NCBI GenBank assembly: GCA_036733965.1
Contig: DAIMZL010000001.1
Coordinates: 189,484 to 253,483 of the forward strand
DNA length: 64,000 nt
Direction: 5' to 3'
Source: Melioribacteraceae bacterium
Lineage (GTDB): Bacteria; Bacteroidota; Ignavibacteria; Ignavibacteriales; Melioribacteraceae
Shown: piece after piece, positions 36,847 through 46,887 of the stretch
How positions within the stretch are numbered: the first letter of the stretch is position 1
Layout of the letters: each line of letters begins with the position of its first letter
Notes under the pieces: generated by a model
The model's input: only the letters and a program-made list of their open reading frames with translations
What the model was told of the DNA's origin: nothing
Databases searched by the model: none
Program-made: the position numbers and the translations under genes

Positions 36847-37668
36847 TTATTCGCCTTCAAATGATAAACAACATTTTAGTTTGCCGCAAGGTCCGCTAAG
36901 TTTAGACATATTCGCAGATAAATTTTGGTCATTGGCAAGTTGTGTTGTGATTTTTTTAAAATTATATAAAAAGACAGAGCAGCAATATTCTCTTCCACAA
37001 GAACCTAATCCTCCTACTCGTTTTGCTTCATCTCTAACACCTATTTGCCTTAATTCAATTCGAGTTTTAAATTCGGCAGCTAAGTCTTTTGCAAGCTCTC
37101 TGAAGTCAACTCTTCCGTCTGAAGTATAGAAGAAGAATAATTTTTTTCTATCAAATTGATAATGAATGTCAACTAATTTCATATTCAGTTGATACTTTTC
37201 AATTCTATCTTTAAAAATCGGTTTTGCTTTTGCTTCATCTTTTCTATTTAGTTCAATTTGTTCCCAATCTTGTTCGGTTAACTTACGTAATACTTTTGGT
37301 AGCTTATCTCCCTCTGTAGTATATTTAAACATTTTAAGTTTTGCTATATTCCCAACTTCAACAACTTTTGTAACTTCTATTGTGTCTTCACATTCAACAA
37401 GTGCAAAGTCTCCTTCTATCAATGTACTTGCAAGTTCTTGTGTTCCTTCACAAAAATGATTACCAAGCAACCCTTGACATTCAACCTCTATAATATTAAT
37501 GTCTTTAAGCTTAGTATTAATAATATAATCGACTGCATTTTCGATATTAGGACAATCTTTTTGACAGTCTTCGCATAAATTATTAACAACTACATCCTTG
37601 AATGTATGATAAGCTTGCAAATCATACAAATCAGGCTTAAACTCTTGTGATTTATTTATATTTTCCAA
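36847..37668 (-). CDS. PSP1-domain protein (RicT/YaaT-like)
   Basis: PSP1 C-terminal region GRVDFRELAKDLAAEFKTRIELRQIGVRDEAK..GGLGSCGREYCC. Downstream of holB, as in Firmicutes yaaT. Confidence 0.8.
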   Translation of the reverse strand: MENINKSQEFKPDLYDLQAYHTFKDVVVNNLCEDCQKDCPNIENAVDYIINTKLKDINIIEVECQGLLGNHFCEGTQELASTLIEGDFALVECEDTIEVTKVVEVGNIAKLKMFKYTTEGDKLPKVLRKLTEQDWEQIELNRKDEAKAKPIFKDRIEKYQLNMKLVDIHYQFDRKKLFFFYTSDGRVDFRELAKDLAAEFKTRIELRQIGVRDEAKRVGGLGSCGREYCCSVFLYNFKKITTQLANDQNLSANMSKLSGPCGKLKCCLSFEGE

Positions 37669-37680
37669 AACTAAAATTCC

Positions 37681-38787
37681 TTAATTGTTTGTAATATTTG
37701 ATAATAACATTACCATGCTTGCCGAAACGATAGTAATATTAACGTTTCTTTCTAAATTATTTGCTAATTGATCCAAATCGGTAAGAGTTTTATTTATGTT
37801 AACATTCGGATATCTATTATTAAATTTTGATAATGATTCAATAAATGGTTCATAACAATTTTTATTTCCGTATGCTCTAAATATCTCCAAATTATTTAAC
37901 CATGTATATATTAAAATAATAATAATTTTCATCAATTCATAATCAGAATTTTTAATAATTTCCTTAAATTCAATAAATGCAGTATTATACCAACCTGCAA
38001 ACGAATAGCGTAAAATATTTAAAGTTTTATTTAATAAAATAGTAAATTGGTTATCTAAAAGATATATTGCTTTAGTTACAGAGCCTTGACAAAAATATTT
38101 AACGGAATGAATGTGATCAAACTGATAATTAAAATATCTAATTAAAATATTGGTTAAGTCACTATCGGAAAGTGCACTAAAATTCAATTTCCAACATCGA
38201 GATTTAATAGTAGAAAGGATTCCGTTTTCGTCTGAAGTCGTTAATATATATATAACCCCTTTGGGAGGTTCTTCTAAGTTCTTAAGTAATGCATTTTGAG
38301 CTTCCTCTCCCATCAAATGTGCATCAGAAATTAGAATAAGTCTATATTTAATATTTTCGTAACTAAGCGTAGTAAAGCTGTTTATATCTCTTATACTACT
38401 TATTTTAATACTTTCGGCTCCGGATACTGATAATTTATGATATGGATTTTCAGATTTTAGTTTTAACTGGTTTTTTATTTCGGATAGTTGCTGTTCCGTT
38501 AATCCGCCATAAGGATTATCATCTGACTCGCTTTTACCACGAGGAATAGGAAAAATTAAACGTACGTACGGTTCGTTTAATAGTGTTATTTGATTTTCAA
38601 TTTTAGAATTTGCGCTTATGGCTTCTTTATTTAAAAGCTTTAAAAATTGAATAGCCGTATAAAATTTACCAACTCCCTCAGTTCCTATAAATAAAAGTGC
38701 CTGAGGGATTTTGCCTGTTTTACAAATCAGATATAAAGATTCTTTTACCTTTTTTTGTCCGTATATCTCATCTAAAAAAGGAATCAT
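37681..38787 (-). CDS. holB: DNA polymerase III delta-prime subunit
   Basis: AAA+ clamp-loader N-terminus (PQALLFIGTEGVGK), the sensor region LKNLEEPP and the SRC-like TIKSRC motif. Confidence 0.75.
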   Translation of the reverse strand: MIPFLDEIYGQKKVKESLYLICKTGKIPQALLFIGTEGVGKFYTAIQFLKLLNKEAISANSKIENQITLLNEPYVRLIFPIPRGKSESDDNPYGGLTEQQLSEIKNQLKLKSENPYHKLSVSGAESIKISSIRDINSFTTLSYENIKYRLILISDAHLMGEEAQNALLKNLEEPPKGVIYILTTSDENGILSTIKSRCWKLNFSALSDSDLTNILIRYFNYQFDHIHSVKYFCQGSVTKAIYLLDNQFTILLNKTLNILRYSFAGWYNTAFIEFKEIIKNSDYELMKIIIILIYTWLNNLEIFRAYGNKNCYEPFIESLSKFNNRYPNVNINKTLTDLDQLANNLERNVNITIVSASMVMLLSNITNN

Positions 38788-38798
38788 AGATATACCGT

Positions 38799-39029
38799 TT
38801 AGGCATTAAATTCATCGTCATCCGAAAAGAAGAAATCTTCATCTGTAGGATAATCGGGCCAAATATCTTCAATTGATTCGTAAAATTCGTCCGAATCTTC
38901 TAATTCCTGCAGATTTTCTATCACTTCAATTGGTGAACCAATTCTTTCGGCATAATCTATTAATTCTTCTTTTGTTGCAGGCCATGGTGCATCATCTAAA
39001 TAAGAAGCTAATTCTACAGTCCAAATCAT
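38799..39029 (-). CDS. DUF2795-like small acidic protein
   Basis: WPATKEELIDYAERIGSPIEVIENL matches the DUF2795 pattern as I recall it. Confidence 0.55.
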   Translation of the reverse strand: MIWTVELASYLDDAPWPATKEELIDYAERIGSPIEVIENLQELEDSDEFYESIEDIWPDYPTDEDFFFSDDDEFNA

Positions 39030-39047
39030 AATACCTCCGCTTTTTAT

Positions 39048-39983
39048 TTATTGTTTTTTCTCTTTTAAATCAAAAACCGTCAAATTATCATAAAAAAAGT
39101 TCATCGGATTTAAGGCAACACCGTTGTAAAGTACTTCATAATGTAAGTGAGGACCACTTGTTAAAGTACCAGAGTTTCCGGATAGTGCAATATAATCGCC
39201 TCTTTCAACTTTTTGGTTCTCTTTTACTTCACTTTTATGTAAATGGGCGTATAACGTTTTATATCCAAATCCATGATCAACTATAATAGTTAATCCGTAT
39301 CCTTCTTTATTTCCAACAAACTCAACTGTTCCTGCTCCCGTTACATAAACTTTTGTTCCTATATCAGTTAAAATGTCTAAACCGGTATGCATTCGCATTA
39401 TGTGTAACACCGGGTGCATTCGCATACCAAAATCATTTGCATATTCACCATCGGTTGTCGGCTTTATTGCCGGTATTGAATTATATAATTTTTCGTTTTT
39501 TGTTAAAGTAGTTTCAATTAATTTATATTCATTTTTAGCATATATAACTTTTGATTTTAAGTTATCTACATAACTATTAAGAGTTCCCAACAAATTATTA
39601 ATATCCGAAGGTCCATTAGCTAAAAAGGCATCAAAAAGTTGTCCTCCGGTTCCTAACTCAATAAATTCATCATTATTTGTCGGTAAATTAGCTTTTAATT
39701 TTAAAGAGATATCATTTTTAACTAATGTATCTAAATTTTCTCCTAACTGCTTGTACTGTGATAGAAGATAATTTAAATTTTTAATTAACTCTTTATTTTC
39801 TGCTCTTAGATTTTCTATCTTATTATCCGGATTTATTACATCATTAATAAGAATATAAACTCCAAAAACGAAAAAGCTAATTATAAATGAGACAAAAAAA
39901 ACCATAAAAATAAACTTTTTATGGAAATTCCTGATCTCAATAAACTTGAGTTTTTGTTTCGAGAAATAAAATAAATTTTTCAT
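39048..39983 (-). CDS. M23-family metallopeptidase with N-terminal TM and coiled coil (EnvC-like)
   Basis: HTGLDI and GPHLHYEV zinc ligand motifs. Confidence 0.85.
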   Translation of the reverse strand: MKNLFYFSKQKLKFIEIRNFHKKFIFMVFFVSFIISFFVFGVYILINDVINPDNKIENLRAENKELIKNLNYLLSQYKQLGENLDTLVKNDISLKLKANLPTNNDEFIELGTGGQLFDAFLANGPSDINNLLGTLNSYVDNLKSKVIYAKNEYKLIETTLTKNEKLYNSIPAIKPTTDGEYANDFGMRMHPVLHIMRMHTGLDILTDIGTKVYVTGAGTVEFVGNKEGYGLTIIVDHGFGYKTLYAHLHKSEVKENQKVERGDYIALSGNSGTLTSGPHLHYEVLYNGVALNPMNFFYDNLTVFDLKEKKQ

Positions 39984-40047
39984 ATAAAATCGGTTGCAAA
40001 TTACTAAAATTTATTATTTTATGCAAGTTAAAACAGAAATGAAAATC

Positions 40048-41055
40048 TTATTCAAAATCGTGTTCAAAATAATTAATTGTTCTATCTACTTCTCCCGTAT
40101 TTTTTCTTATTTTTTCGTTCAATCTATCTTTAAATATTTGTGAAGCATCATAACCGTAATGTTTTAACAAATAGTTTAGCGCAATAACTTCCGATATAAC
40201 GGTAATGTTTTTGCCGGGAATAATCGGTAGTTTAATATAGGGAATATCAACATCTAAGATATTTGTTGTAGGATTATCTAAACCAAGTCTGTTATATTCG
40301 TTTTTTTCATCCCATAGTTCTAATTCAATAACAACTTCAAGTCTTTTTTGAAAACGAATAGCTCTTACACCAAACATACTTCTAACATCTATTAAACCGA
40401 CACCTCTAATTTCCATAAAGTGTCCTACCAATTCAGTTCCGCTTCCTATTAGTATTCCTTCCCCTTTTTTGGTAAAAACTATCACATCATCAGCAACAAG
40501 TCTATGTCCCCTTTCAACAAGATCTAATGCTACTTCACTTTTACCTATTCCGCTTTTTCCGACAAAAAGTATTCCGGCACCGTAAACATCAACAAAAGAA
40601 CCGTGCAAAGTAACTTGAGGTGAAAACTGATCATCAAGGAAATCACTTATTAAATATGCAAGTTTAGTTGTTAAATAAGGAGAGCTGAATACCGGAATAT
40701 GAAAGTTTGAAGCACATTCTAAAAGTCCTTCGGGCGATTTGTTATTGTTAGTAATAATAACGCAAGGAATATCAAACTTAAATATATTTTCAAGTGCTTT
40801 GAATCTTTCATCAATTGACAAATTATTTAAGTACTTTACTTCGGTATTACCGAAAATTTGAATTCTTGAATGTGTAAATAAATCCACAAACCCGGCTAAA
40901 GCTAATCCGGGTCTGTGAATATTTTGATCTTTAATTATTCTATTTAAGTTAACCGAATCGTTACATAAGGTAATCTTAAATCTATCTTTTGTATTTTTAT
41001 AAAAATATTCTACACTTATTGTATCTTTTCGTATAACTCGTGATTGTTTGAACAT
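40048..41055 (-). CDS. hprK: HPr kinase/phosphorylase
   Basis: P-loop GKSGIGKSE, HRLVADD and the signature EIRGVGLIDV. Confidence 0.88.
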   Translation of the reverse strand: MFKQSRVIRKDTISVEYFYKNTKDRFKITLCNDSVNLNRIIKDQNIHRPGLALAGFVDLFTHSRIQIFGNTEVKYLNNLSIDERFKALENIFKFDIPCVIITNNNKSPEGLLECASNFHIPVFSSPYLTTKLAYLISDFLDDQFSPQVTLHGSFVDVYGAGILFVGKSGIGKSEVALDLVERGHRLVADDVIVFTKKGEGILIGSGTELVGHFMEIRGVGLIDVRSMFGVRAIRFQKRLEVVIELELWDEKNEYNRLGLDNPTTNILDVDIPYIKLPIIPGKNITVISEVIALNYLLKHYGYDASQIFKDRLNEKIRKNTGEVDRTINYFEHDFE

Positions 41056-41057
41056 AA

Positions 41058-41360
41058 TTAACGAATATTAGCCATTTTTTTTGTCTTAACTTTTCGTAAC
41101 TGACGGACTAATTTTTCAGTAGCAAGAGAAACCGATTTTTCAAATTCTTCCGTAGTTTCCGAAACAGAGAGTGTTTTACCCGGAATTTTAATCACAATTT
41201 CCGAAGTTTTTTCACTTTCTTTTAAGTGTGTAAAGCTAAGTATTACGTTTGCCTCCAGTATTTCATCATTATACTTTTCTAAAGAGGAAACTTCATTTTT
41301 GATAAAATCTTTTAGGGAATCTTTAGCCCTAAATTTTCTGGATGTGATTTGAATGTTCAT
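41058..41360 (-). CDS. hpf: Ribosome hibernation promoting factor (short HPF/RaiA)
   Basis: 100-aa sigma54-modulation/S30EA fold pattern (MNIQITSRKFRAKDSLKDFI...LRKVK). Confidence 0.85.
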   Translation of the reverse strand: MNIQITSRKFRAKDSLKDFIKNEVSSLEKYNDEILEANVILSFTHLKESEKTSEIVIKIPGKTLSVSETTEEFEKSVSLATEKLVRQLRKVKTKKMANIR

Positions 41361-41368
41361 AACAACTC

Positions 41369-42259
41369 CTATGATTTTGGATGGGCTGTTTTATATGTGT
41401 TTTTTAATCGCTCTATACTAACATGTGTATAGATTTGCGTTGTAGATAAATTTTCATGTCCTAACATTTCTTTTACCGCCATTAAATCCGCTCCTCTGTC
41501 TAACATGTGTGTTGCTGCTGCATGTCGTAAAACGTGCGGACTTTTCTTCTCTATATCGCTTACAAAGCTTAAATATTTGTTTATTACTCTATATACATAT
41601 TTAGCGTAAATTGGGTTTCCGTTTTTTGTTAAAAATAATTGTTCTTCGTCATTTTTATTATCCCTTATTTTTACATAAGCCAATATATTATTAATTGTCT
41701 GTTTTCCTATAGGAACTATTCTATATTTTGAACCTTTTCCAAAAACTCTAACAGTCCCATTTTTTATATCGATATCGTTAAGTTTTATTCCGCAGGTTTC
41801 ACTTACTCGCAAGGCACAAGAGTACGTTAAATCAATCACAGCTTTATACAGAAAACGGGAGTATTCGTCTGCAATAGATTCTTCTAATATAGAAAAAATT
41901 TTGTCAATTGAGTTTACATTAACCGTTTCGGGAAGTTTTCTTTTGCTTTTTGGGTTTTTGATATATTTTAATGGATTATCAACTATTAGATTCTGTTCTA
42001 AACAATAGTCAATAAAACTGCGTAAGGATGCTAATTTTCGTGAAATTGATGTTGCTGCAATTTTCTCCGAATTTAAATATATTATAAAATTACGAATTAG
42101 TCGTTCATTTAAATCTTTAAGCTCAAACTTTTTATTCAACCCGCAAAATAAAAAAAACTGCTTTAAATCATTTGAATAAGATATCTCGGTGTTTTCCGAA
42201 ACCCGTCTTACCCCCGAAATATATTTTATATAATTATCTATCGTATTTTCAATATTCAT
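41369..42259 (-). CDS. xerC: Tyrosine recombinase XerC/XerD family
   Basis: SAM-like N-domain and catalytic R (LRVSE), HVLRHAAATH and GHENLSTTQIYTHV. The xerC-hpf adjacency is common in Bacteroidota. Confidence 0.85.
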   Translation of the reverse strand: MNIENTIDNYIKYISGVRRVSENTEISYSNDLKQFFLFCGLNKKFELKDLNERLIRNFIIYLNSEKIAATSISRKLASLRSFIDYCLEQNLIVDNPLKYIKNPKSKRKLPETVNVNSIDKIFSILEESIADEYSRFLYKAVIDLTYSCALRVSETCGIKLNDIDIKNGTVRVFGKGSKYRIVPIGKQTINNILAYVKIRDNKNDEEQLFLTKNGNPIYAKYVYRVINKYLSFVSDIEKKSPHVLRHAAATHMLDRGADLMAVKEMLGHENLSTTQIYTHVSIERLKNTYKTAHPKS

Positions 42260-42323
42260 TTCTAACGATGAATTTATTCAATTGGCAAAATAGCAAGTTT
42301 TTAATAAAAGTCAACTACTTTTT

Positions 42324-44516
42324 TTATTTTGAAGAATTTATTTCCGGTAATTGCCAGGATGCATAATCACAATCCGGATAGCGGTTGCAACCATAAAAAG
42401 TTTTTCCCCGTTTGGTTCGTTTTGCTATTACTTCCCCTGTTCCGCATTTGGGGCACTTAATTCCAATTTTTATTTGTTCTGTATAATCACAGTTTGGATA
42501 GTTTTCGCACCCGATAAACTTACCAAATTTACCACTCCTAAAAATAGTCTTTCCTCCGCATTTAGGGCAAGTTGCTCCGGTAAACTCAGGTTCTTTTTCT
42601 TCTTTTTTGATTTCTTTTATGGGTTTTATATTTTTACATTCCGGATAGTTGGTACAAGCTAAAAATTTACCGTATCTTCCTATTTTTACATCCATATCAT
42701 GACCGCATTTTTCGCATTTAACTTTCTCAATTTCTTTTTCAACTTTTTCAAGTGCTGCAGAAAACGGGATATAAAAATCTTTTAAAACTTTTACATAATC
42801 TATTTCTCCACCGGCAATTAAATCTAATTCGTCTTCCATAGCCGCCGTAAAATTAACATTTAAGATTCGGGGAAAATTTTTAACTAAAATATCATTTACT
42901 TTATTCCCTAATTCCGTAGGATATAGTTTTCTGTTTTCAACATACACATAATCTCTTTCTAAAATTGTGCTTAATATTAACGCGTATGTACTCGGTCTTC
43001 CTATTCCCTTGTCTTCTAATTCCTTTATTAACGTACTTTCGGTAAAACGTGCCGGTGGTTTTGTAAAATGCTGATTTTTTTCTAATTCAGTAAGCTTAAG
43101 ATTCTCCTCTTTTTTTAAGCCAAGAGGGATCGGAAATTCTTCTTTTTCAGGATTAAATTCATAATCTTCTGAACTTTCGTCATATAATTTCATAAAACCG
43201 TCAAATTTTAATGCACTTCCGGTGGCTTTAAATAAATATTCATCAGCACAAATACTAACGGTTAATGATTCAAATATTGCTGATTCCATTTGCGAGGCAA
43301 TAAATCTTTTCCAAATTAAATCATATAATTCATATTGATCTTTAGATAAATATTCTTTGATTGAATCAGGCGAGTATTTTGTTGTTGTCGGTCTAATTGC
43401 TTCATGAGCATCTTGTACGTTTTTTTTCTTTTTTTCGTAAAGTTTTGGTCTATCGGGTAAATAATCCTTTCCAAATCTTTCCAGAATAAAACTTCTTGCA
43501 GCAGTCAAACTTTCTTCGCTTAATCTTGTACTATCTGTTCTCATATACGATATTAAACCAACATATCCGTCTGATCCGAGACTTATACCTTCATACAATT
43601 CTTGAGCAATCTGCATGGTTTTTTTACTCTTGAACTTTAATACTTTTGATGCCTCAACCTGTAAGGTACTTGTAATAAAAGGAGGATATGGATTTCTTTT
43701 AACATCTTTTTGAGAAATATCGGAAATTAGAAAATTCTCTTTTAACTCTATTTCTTTTGCAACTGCATCAGCTTTTTCTTCACTATCAATAACAAAATTT
43801 TTAGCACAAAACTCTTTCTTCTTGGGGTCACTTAAGTCTTTTAATAAAATCTTAATCGGTTTTCCGCTTACTTCAACAAGTTTTGCCTTAAATGAATCAT
43901 TTTTTTTAGTTAAAAAATTTCCCCATAACGACCAATACTCGCTTGAAACAAAAGTTTTTATTTCTTGCTCTCGCTCACAGATTAATCTTAGAGCAACGGA
44001 TTGCACTCGACCAGCCGATAGACTTGTGGAAGGGCTATCAATTATCGCTTTCCATAAAAACGGGCTAATTTTATAACCTATTATTCTATCCATAACACGT
44101 CTTGCACGTTGGCTATTTACTAAGTCCAAATTAATTCTACCCGGATTAGTAATTGCTTTTTTTACGCTATCTTTGGTAATTTCATTAAATAGGACTCTAT
44201 AAACATGTTCATTTTTTCCGTTTATAATATCGGCAACGTCCTGAGCAATAGCTTCACCTTCACGATCAGGGTCAGTTGCAATTATAATTTTTTCGGTTTG
44301 TTCGGCTAATTGTTTTATTTTTTTTATTAAATCCCCCTTCCCACGAATATTCATAAAATTAGGTTTGAAATTGTTTTCAATATCAACACCCAATTGTGTT
44401 TTGGGCAAATTACGTAAGTGTCCTACAGTTGCTTCAACTATAAAATTTCTTCCTAAATATTTATTAATGGTCTTTGCCTTGGAAGGTGATTCGACCAACA
44501 CTAAAGTTTTACTCAT
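42324..44516 (-). CDS. topA: DNA topoisomerase I
   Basis: TOPRIM (LVLVESPSKAKTI, DPDREGE), catalytic Tyr region (ISYMRTDS) and three C-terminal zinc ribbons (CxxC...CxNYPxC). Confidence 0.95.
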   Translation of the reverse strand: MSKTLVLVESPSKAKTINKYLGRNFIVEATVGHLRNLPKTQLGVDIENNFKPNFMNIRGKGDLIKKIKQLAEQTEKIIIATDPDREGEAIAQDVADIINGKNEHVYRVLFNEITKDSVKKAITNPGRINLDLVNSQRARRVMDRIIGYKISPFLWKAIIDSPSTSLSAGRVQSVALRLICEREQEIKTFVSSEYWSLWGNFLTKKNDSFKAKLVEVSGKPIKILLKDLSDPKKKEFCAKNFVIDSEEKADAVAKEIELKENFLISDISQKDVKRNPYPPFITSTLQVEASKVLKFKSKKTMQIAQELYEGISLGSDGYVGLISYMRTDSTRLSEESLTAARSFILERFGKDYLPDRPKLYEKKKKNVQDAHEAIRPTTTKYSPDSIKEYLSKDQYELYDLIWKRFIASQMESAIFESLTVSICADEYLFKATGSALKFDGFMKLYDESSEDYEFNPEKEEFPIPLGLKKEENLKLTELEKNQHFTKPPARFTESTLIKELEDKGIGRPSTYALILSTILERDYVYVENRKLYPTELGNKVNDILVKNFPRILNVNFTAAMEDELDLIAGGEIDYVKVLKDFYIPFSAALEKVEKEIEKVKCEKCGHDMDVKIGRYGKFLACTNYPECKNIKPIKEIKKEEKEPEFTGATCPKCGGKTIFRSGKFGKFIGCENYPNCDYTEQIKIGIKCPKCGTGEVIAKRTKRGKTFYGCNRYPDCDYASWQLPEINSSK

Positions 44517-44527
44517 AAAAAATCCTT

Positions 44528-44983
44528 TTAATTAATTGTATCGGAGGAGTAAAGAAGTACTCTGCTTCCGGGTAACAATCCGGCATTTAAATCAATAAGA
44601 GATAAAAATACTATCCAGTTAATGTCATCCTTACTTAATACCCTTCCTTCTAAATTTGCGGCGTGTTCTAAAATAAACTCAATATCGTTACTTTCAATTA
44701 ACCCTAAGTTAACCAAACTTAAAATATAATTATAATTATCTAAACCTATTAAATCTATTTCTTCTAAACTTAATACTCTAAAAGTTTCTTTATTAATTTT
44801 ATTTTTTTCTGATTTACTTACTTTTGAGCTTAGTACTTTATCAAATAATAAACTAAAAGCAGCACTAATAGTCTGGCTATCGTATTTATTACTATCCAAT
44901 AGCTTATTAACTTCTTCTAAAGTATAGTCTTTTTTTAAATTATCCAAAATAAGTGCAATTACTTCAACAATTTTTGTAACCAT
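44528..44983 (-). CDS. smg: DUF494/Smg-like protein
   Basis: Length, overall pattern (FRVLSLEE..., DINWIVFLSL) and a location next to topA resemble Smg. Similarity judged by eye only. Confidence 0.5.
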   Translation of the reverse strand: MVTKIVEVIALILDNLKKDYTLEEVNKLLDSNKYDSQTISAAFSLLFDKVLSSKVSKSEKNKINKETFRVLSLEEIDLIGLDNYNYILSLVNLGLIESNDIEFILEHAANLEGRVLSKDDINWIVFLSLIDLNAGLLPGSRVLLYSSDTIN

Positions 44984-44986
44984 TTA

Positions 44987-45421
44987 TCACTTCAAAATTT
45001 GAACATTATTAAATTTTTTTACAAACAGATTTTCTTTCCGTTTCATTTTCTTTCTGTCAATATCATTCATATCATCATATCCTACTAAATGTAAAATACC
45101 GTGAATTACCAATCTTAACAGTTCGGAATTTACCGAACAATTAAATCTTGCCGCATTTTCAACAGCAATATCATAAGATATTAATAATTCACCCTCTAAA
45201 ATATTATTATCACCGGAATAATTAAAGGTAATAATATCGGTATCATAATTATGACCTAAAAACTCCATATTCACTTTTAGTAAAGCTTTTTTGTCCACAA
45301 TATTAATATCGAGATTTACGATCGAAAAGTTTAGCTCGTTTTGAAGGTTTTCGATGAGAAAATTAATATTTTTTTTTATTATGCCGTATTTCCGGGGTGC
45401 AAATACCGAAACTAACTCCAA
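44987..45421 (-). CDS. ybeY: rRNA maturation endoribonuclease YbeY
   Basis: Zinc motif HGILHLVGYDD. Confidence 0.88.
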   Translation of the reverse strand: MELVSVFAPRKYGIIKKNINFLIENLQNELNFSIVNLDINIVDKKALLKVNMEFLGHNYDTDIITFNYSGDNNILEGELLISYDIAVENAARFNCSVNSELLRLVIHGILHLVGYDDMNDIDRKKMKRKENLFVKKFNNVQILK

Positions 45422-45440
45422 AATAATTTACTCCGTTTTA

Positions 45441-46313
45441 TTAGATAGTTATCTCAAGTAATTCTTTTGAGGGTATGCAATTTACGGAACTTTTAATTTT
45501 ATTCAAAAAATTTTTTGTATTGTTTACTACATTTTCAATCATCTCATCCGAGTAATCAGGATCATAATGAAATAAAACCAAATTTTTAATTTTTGCTAAC
45601 TCGCTAAAATATGCCAGCGCAATATTATTTGAATGTCCCCAACCAATCTTTTTATTAAAATCTTCAATTGTATATTGTGAATCATGAATTAAATAATCAG
45701 CATTTTTACAAAATTCAATTTGTGTTTTATTTTGTTCGTAAATCAACTGAGAATTTGGTTCGTTTTGTAATGCATTGTAATAAATTTCGTTATCTGTCAT
45801 ATAAACGACTGTTTTATTACCTTCCGTAATTTTAAAGGATAATGTTCCTTTAGAATGGTGAACTGTTTCTGTTTCAACTGTAAATTCATCAAAAACATAT
45901 TTTTTTGTCGGTTCTATTTTATGATATTCTATTGTTGATTTAAAAACATCTTCTTTATTTACCGGAAAATAGAACGGATGCATTTGTGAATCAATAACAT
46001 GTGAAACATTCATATCATCTTTTGCATTAGAAAAAATATTTATTTTAAAATCGCTTCTGAAAAACGGAACGAAAAACGGAATTCCTTGAATATGGTCCCA
46101 ATGTGAGTGACTGATTAATAAATTAAGCTCTTTTTTATAATTGCCTGAAATTAATTCAATACCCAAGTTTCTTATACCGGTACCGGCATCTATAATAATA
46201 GAAGTGCCTTTATTTGATATTACCTGAATACAAGGCGTGTTACCGCCGTATTTTACAGTGTTTGGTCCCGGGACCGGAATTGAACCGCGAGTTCCCCAAA
46301 ATTTAATTTTCAT
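45441..46313 (-). CDS. MBL-fold metallo-hydrolase
   Basis: FWGTRGS N-terminus and the HSHWDH metal motif. Confidence 0.7.
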   Translation of the reverse strand: MKIKFWGTRGSIPVPGPNTVKYGGNTPCIQVISNKGTSIIIDAGTGIRNLGIELISGNYKKELNLLISHSHWDHIQGIPFFVPFFRSDFKINIFSNAKDDMNVSHVIDSQMHPFYFPVNKEDVFKSTIEYHKIEPTKKYVFDEFTVETETVHHSKGTLSFKITEGNKTVVYMTDNEIYYNALQNEPNSQLIYEQNKTQIEFCKNADYLIHDSQYTIEDFNKKIGWGHSNNIALAYFSELAKIKNLVLFHYDPDYSDEMIENVVNNTKNFLNKIKSSVNCIPSKELLEITI

Positions 46314-46887
46314 TTTCCAGGTCTGTTAATGAGTTAATAGTTATTTCCGAATATTTTTTATATCTATATGCGCTTTTTTCCAATTCTTGAATTTCGGAAT
46401 CAGTCAAATCTCTTACTACTTTTGCAGGAACACCGGCAACCAATTTTCCGGTTGGAACAATAAAACCCGGTTTTACAACAGAACCTGCAGCAACCATGCT
46501 TTTAGTTTCTACAAGTGCACCGTCTAAAACTATTGCACCAATTCCGATAAGTACTAAATCTTCTATTACCGCACCGTGTAATTTTACACTATGCCCAATT
46601 GTAACTTTATTTCCAATAATTAAAGGGTATTTGGCATTCGTAACATGTAACATACTTAAATCTTGAATATTTGTCAACTCCCCAATTTTAATAAAGTTGA
46701 CATCTCCCCGAATAACAGAATTATACCATATACTCGAATCTTTACATACTTCAACTTCGCCTATAATTTTTACACCATCAGCAATAAATACTGATTTATC
46801 TATGTTAGGATATTTGCCTTCATACGAGAAATTTTTACCAAACTGTCTTAATTGTATTTTGGCGGATTCCAATCTTTTTTTCTCCAA
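46303..46887 (-). CDS. Gamma-class carbonic anhydrase family / hexapeptide-repeat protein
   Basis: Left-handed beta-helix repeats, SIWYNSVIRGD and MLHV motifs. The TTG start is uncertain and overlaps the upstream gene. Confidence 0.8.
   Translation of the reverse strand: MEKKRLESAKIQLRQFGKNFSYEGKYPNIDKSVFIADGVKIIGEVEVCKDSSIWYNSVIRGDVNFIKIGELTNIQDLSMLHVTNAKYPLIIGNKVTIGHSVKLHGAVIEDLVLIGIGAIVLDGALVETKSMVAAGSVVKPGFIVPTGKLVAGVPAKVVRDLTDSEIQELEKSAYRYKKYSEITINSLTDLENEN

Noticed and set aside
41369-42259. The tyrosine recombinase as the integrase of a mobile island
   Set aside because: The XerC/D-type domain layout and the conserved xerC-hpf housekeeping context argue against it. I also saw no flanking direct repeats, tRNA target or cargo genes.
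42172-42366. 64-aa plus-strand ORF spanning the xerC-topA gap
   Set aside because: It overlaps both neighbouring genes in antisense. Only 64 nt of it are intergenic, and it has no RBS or recognisable motif.
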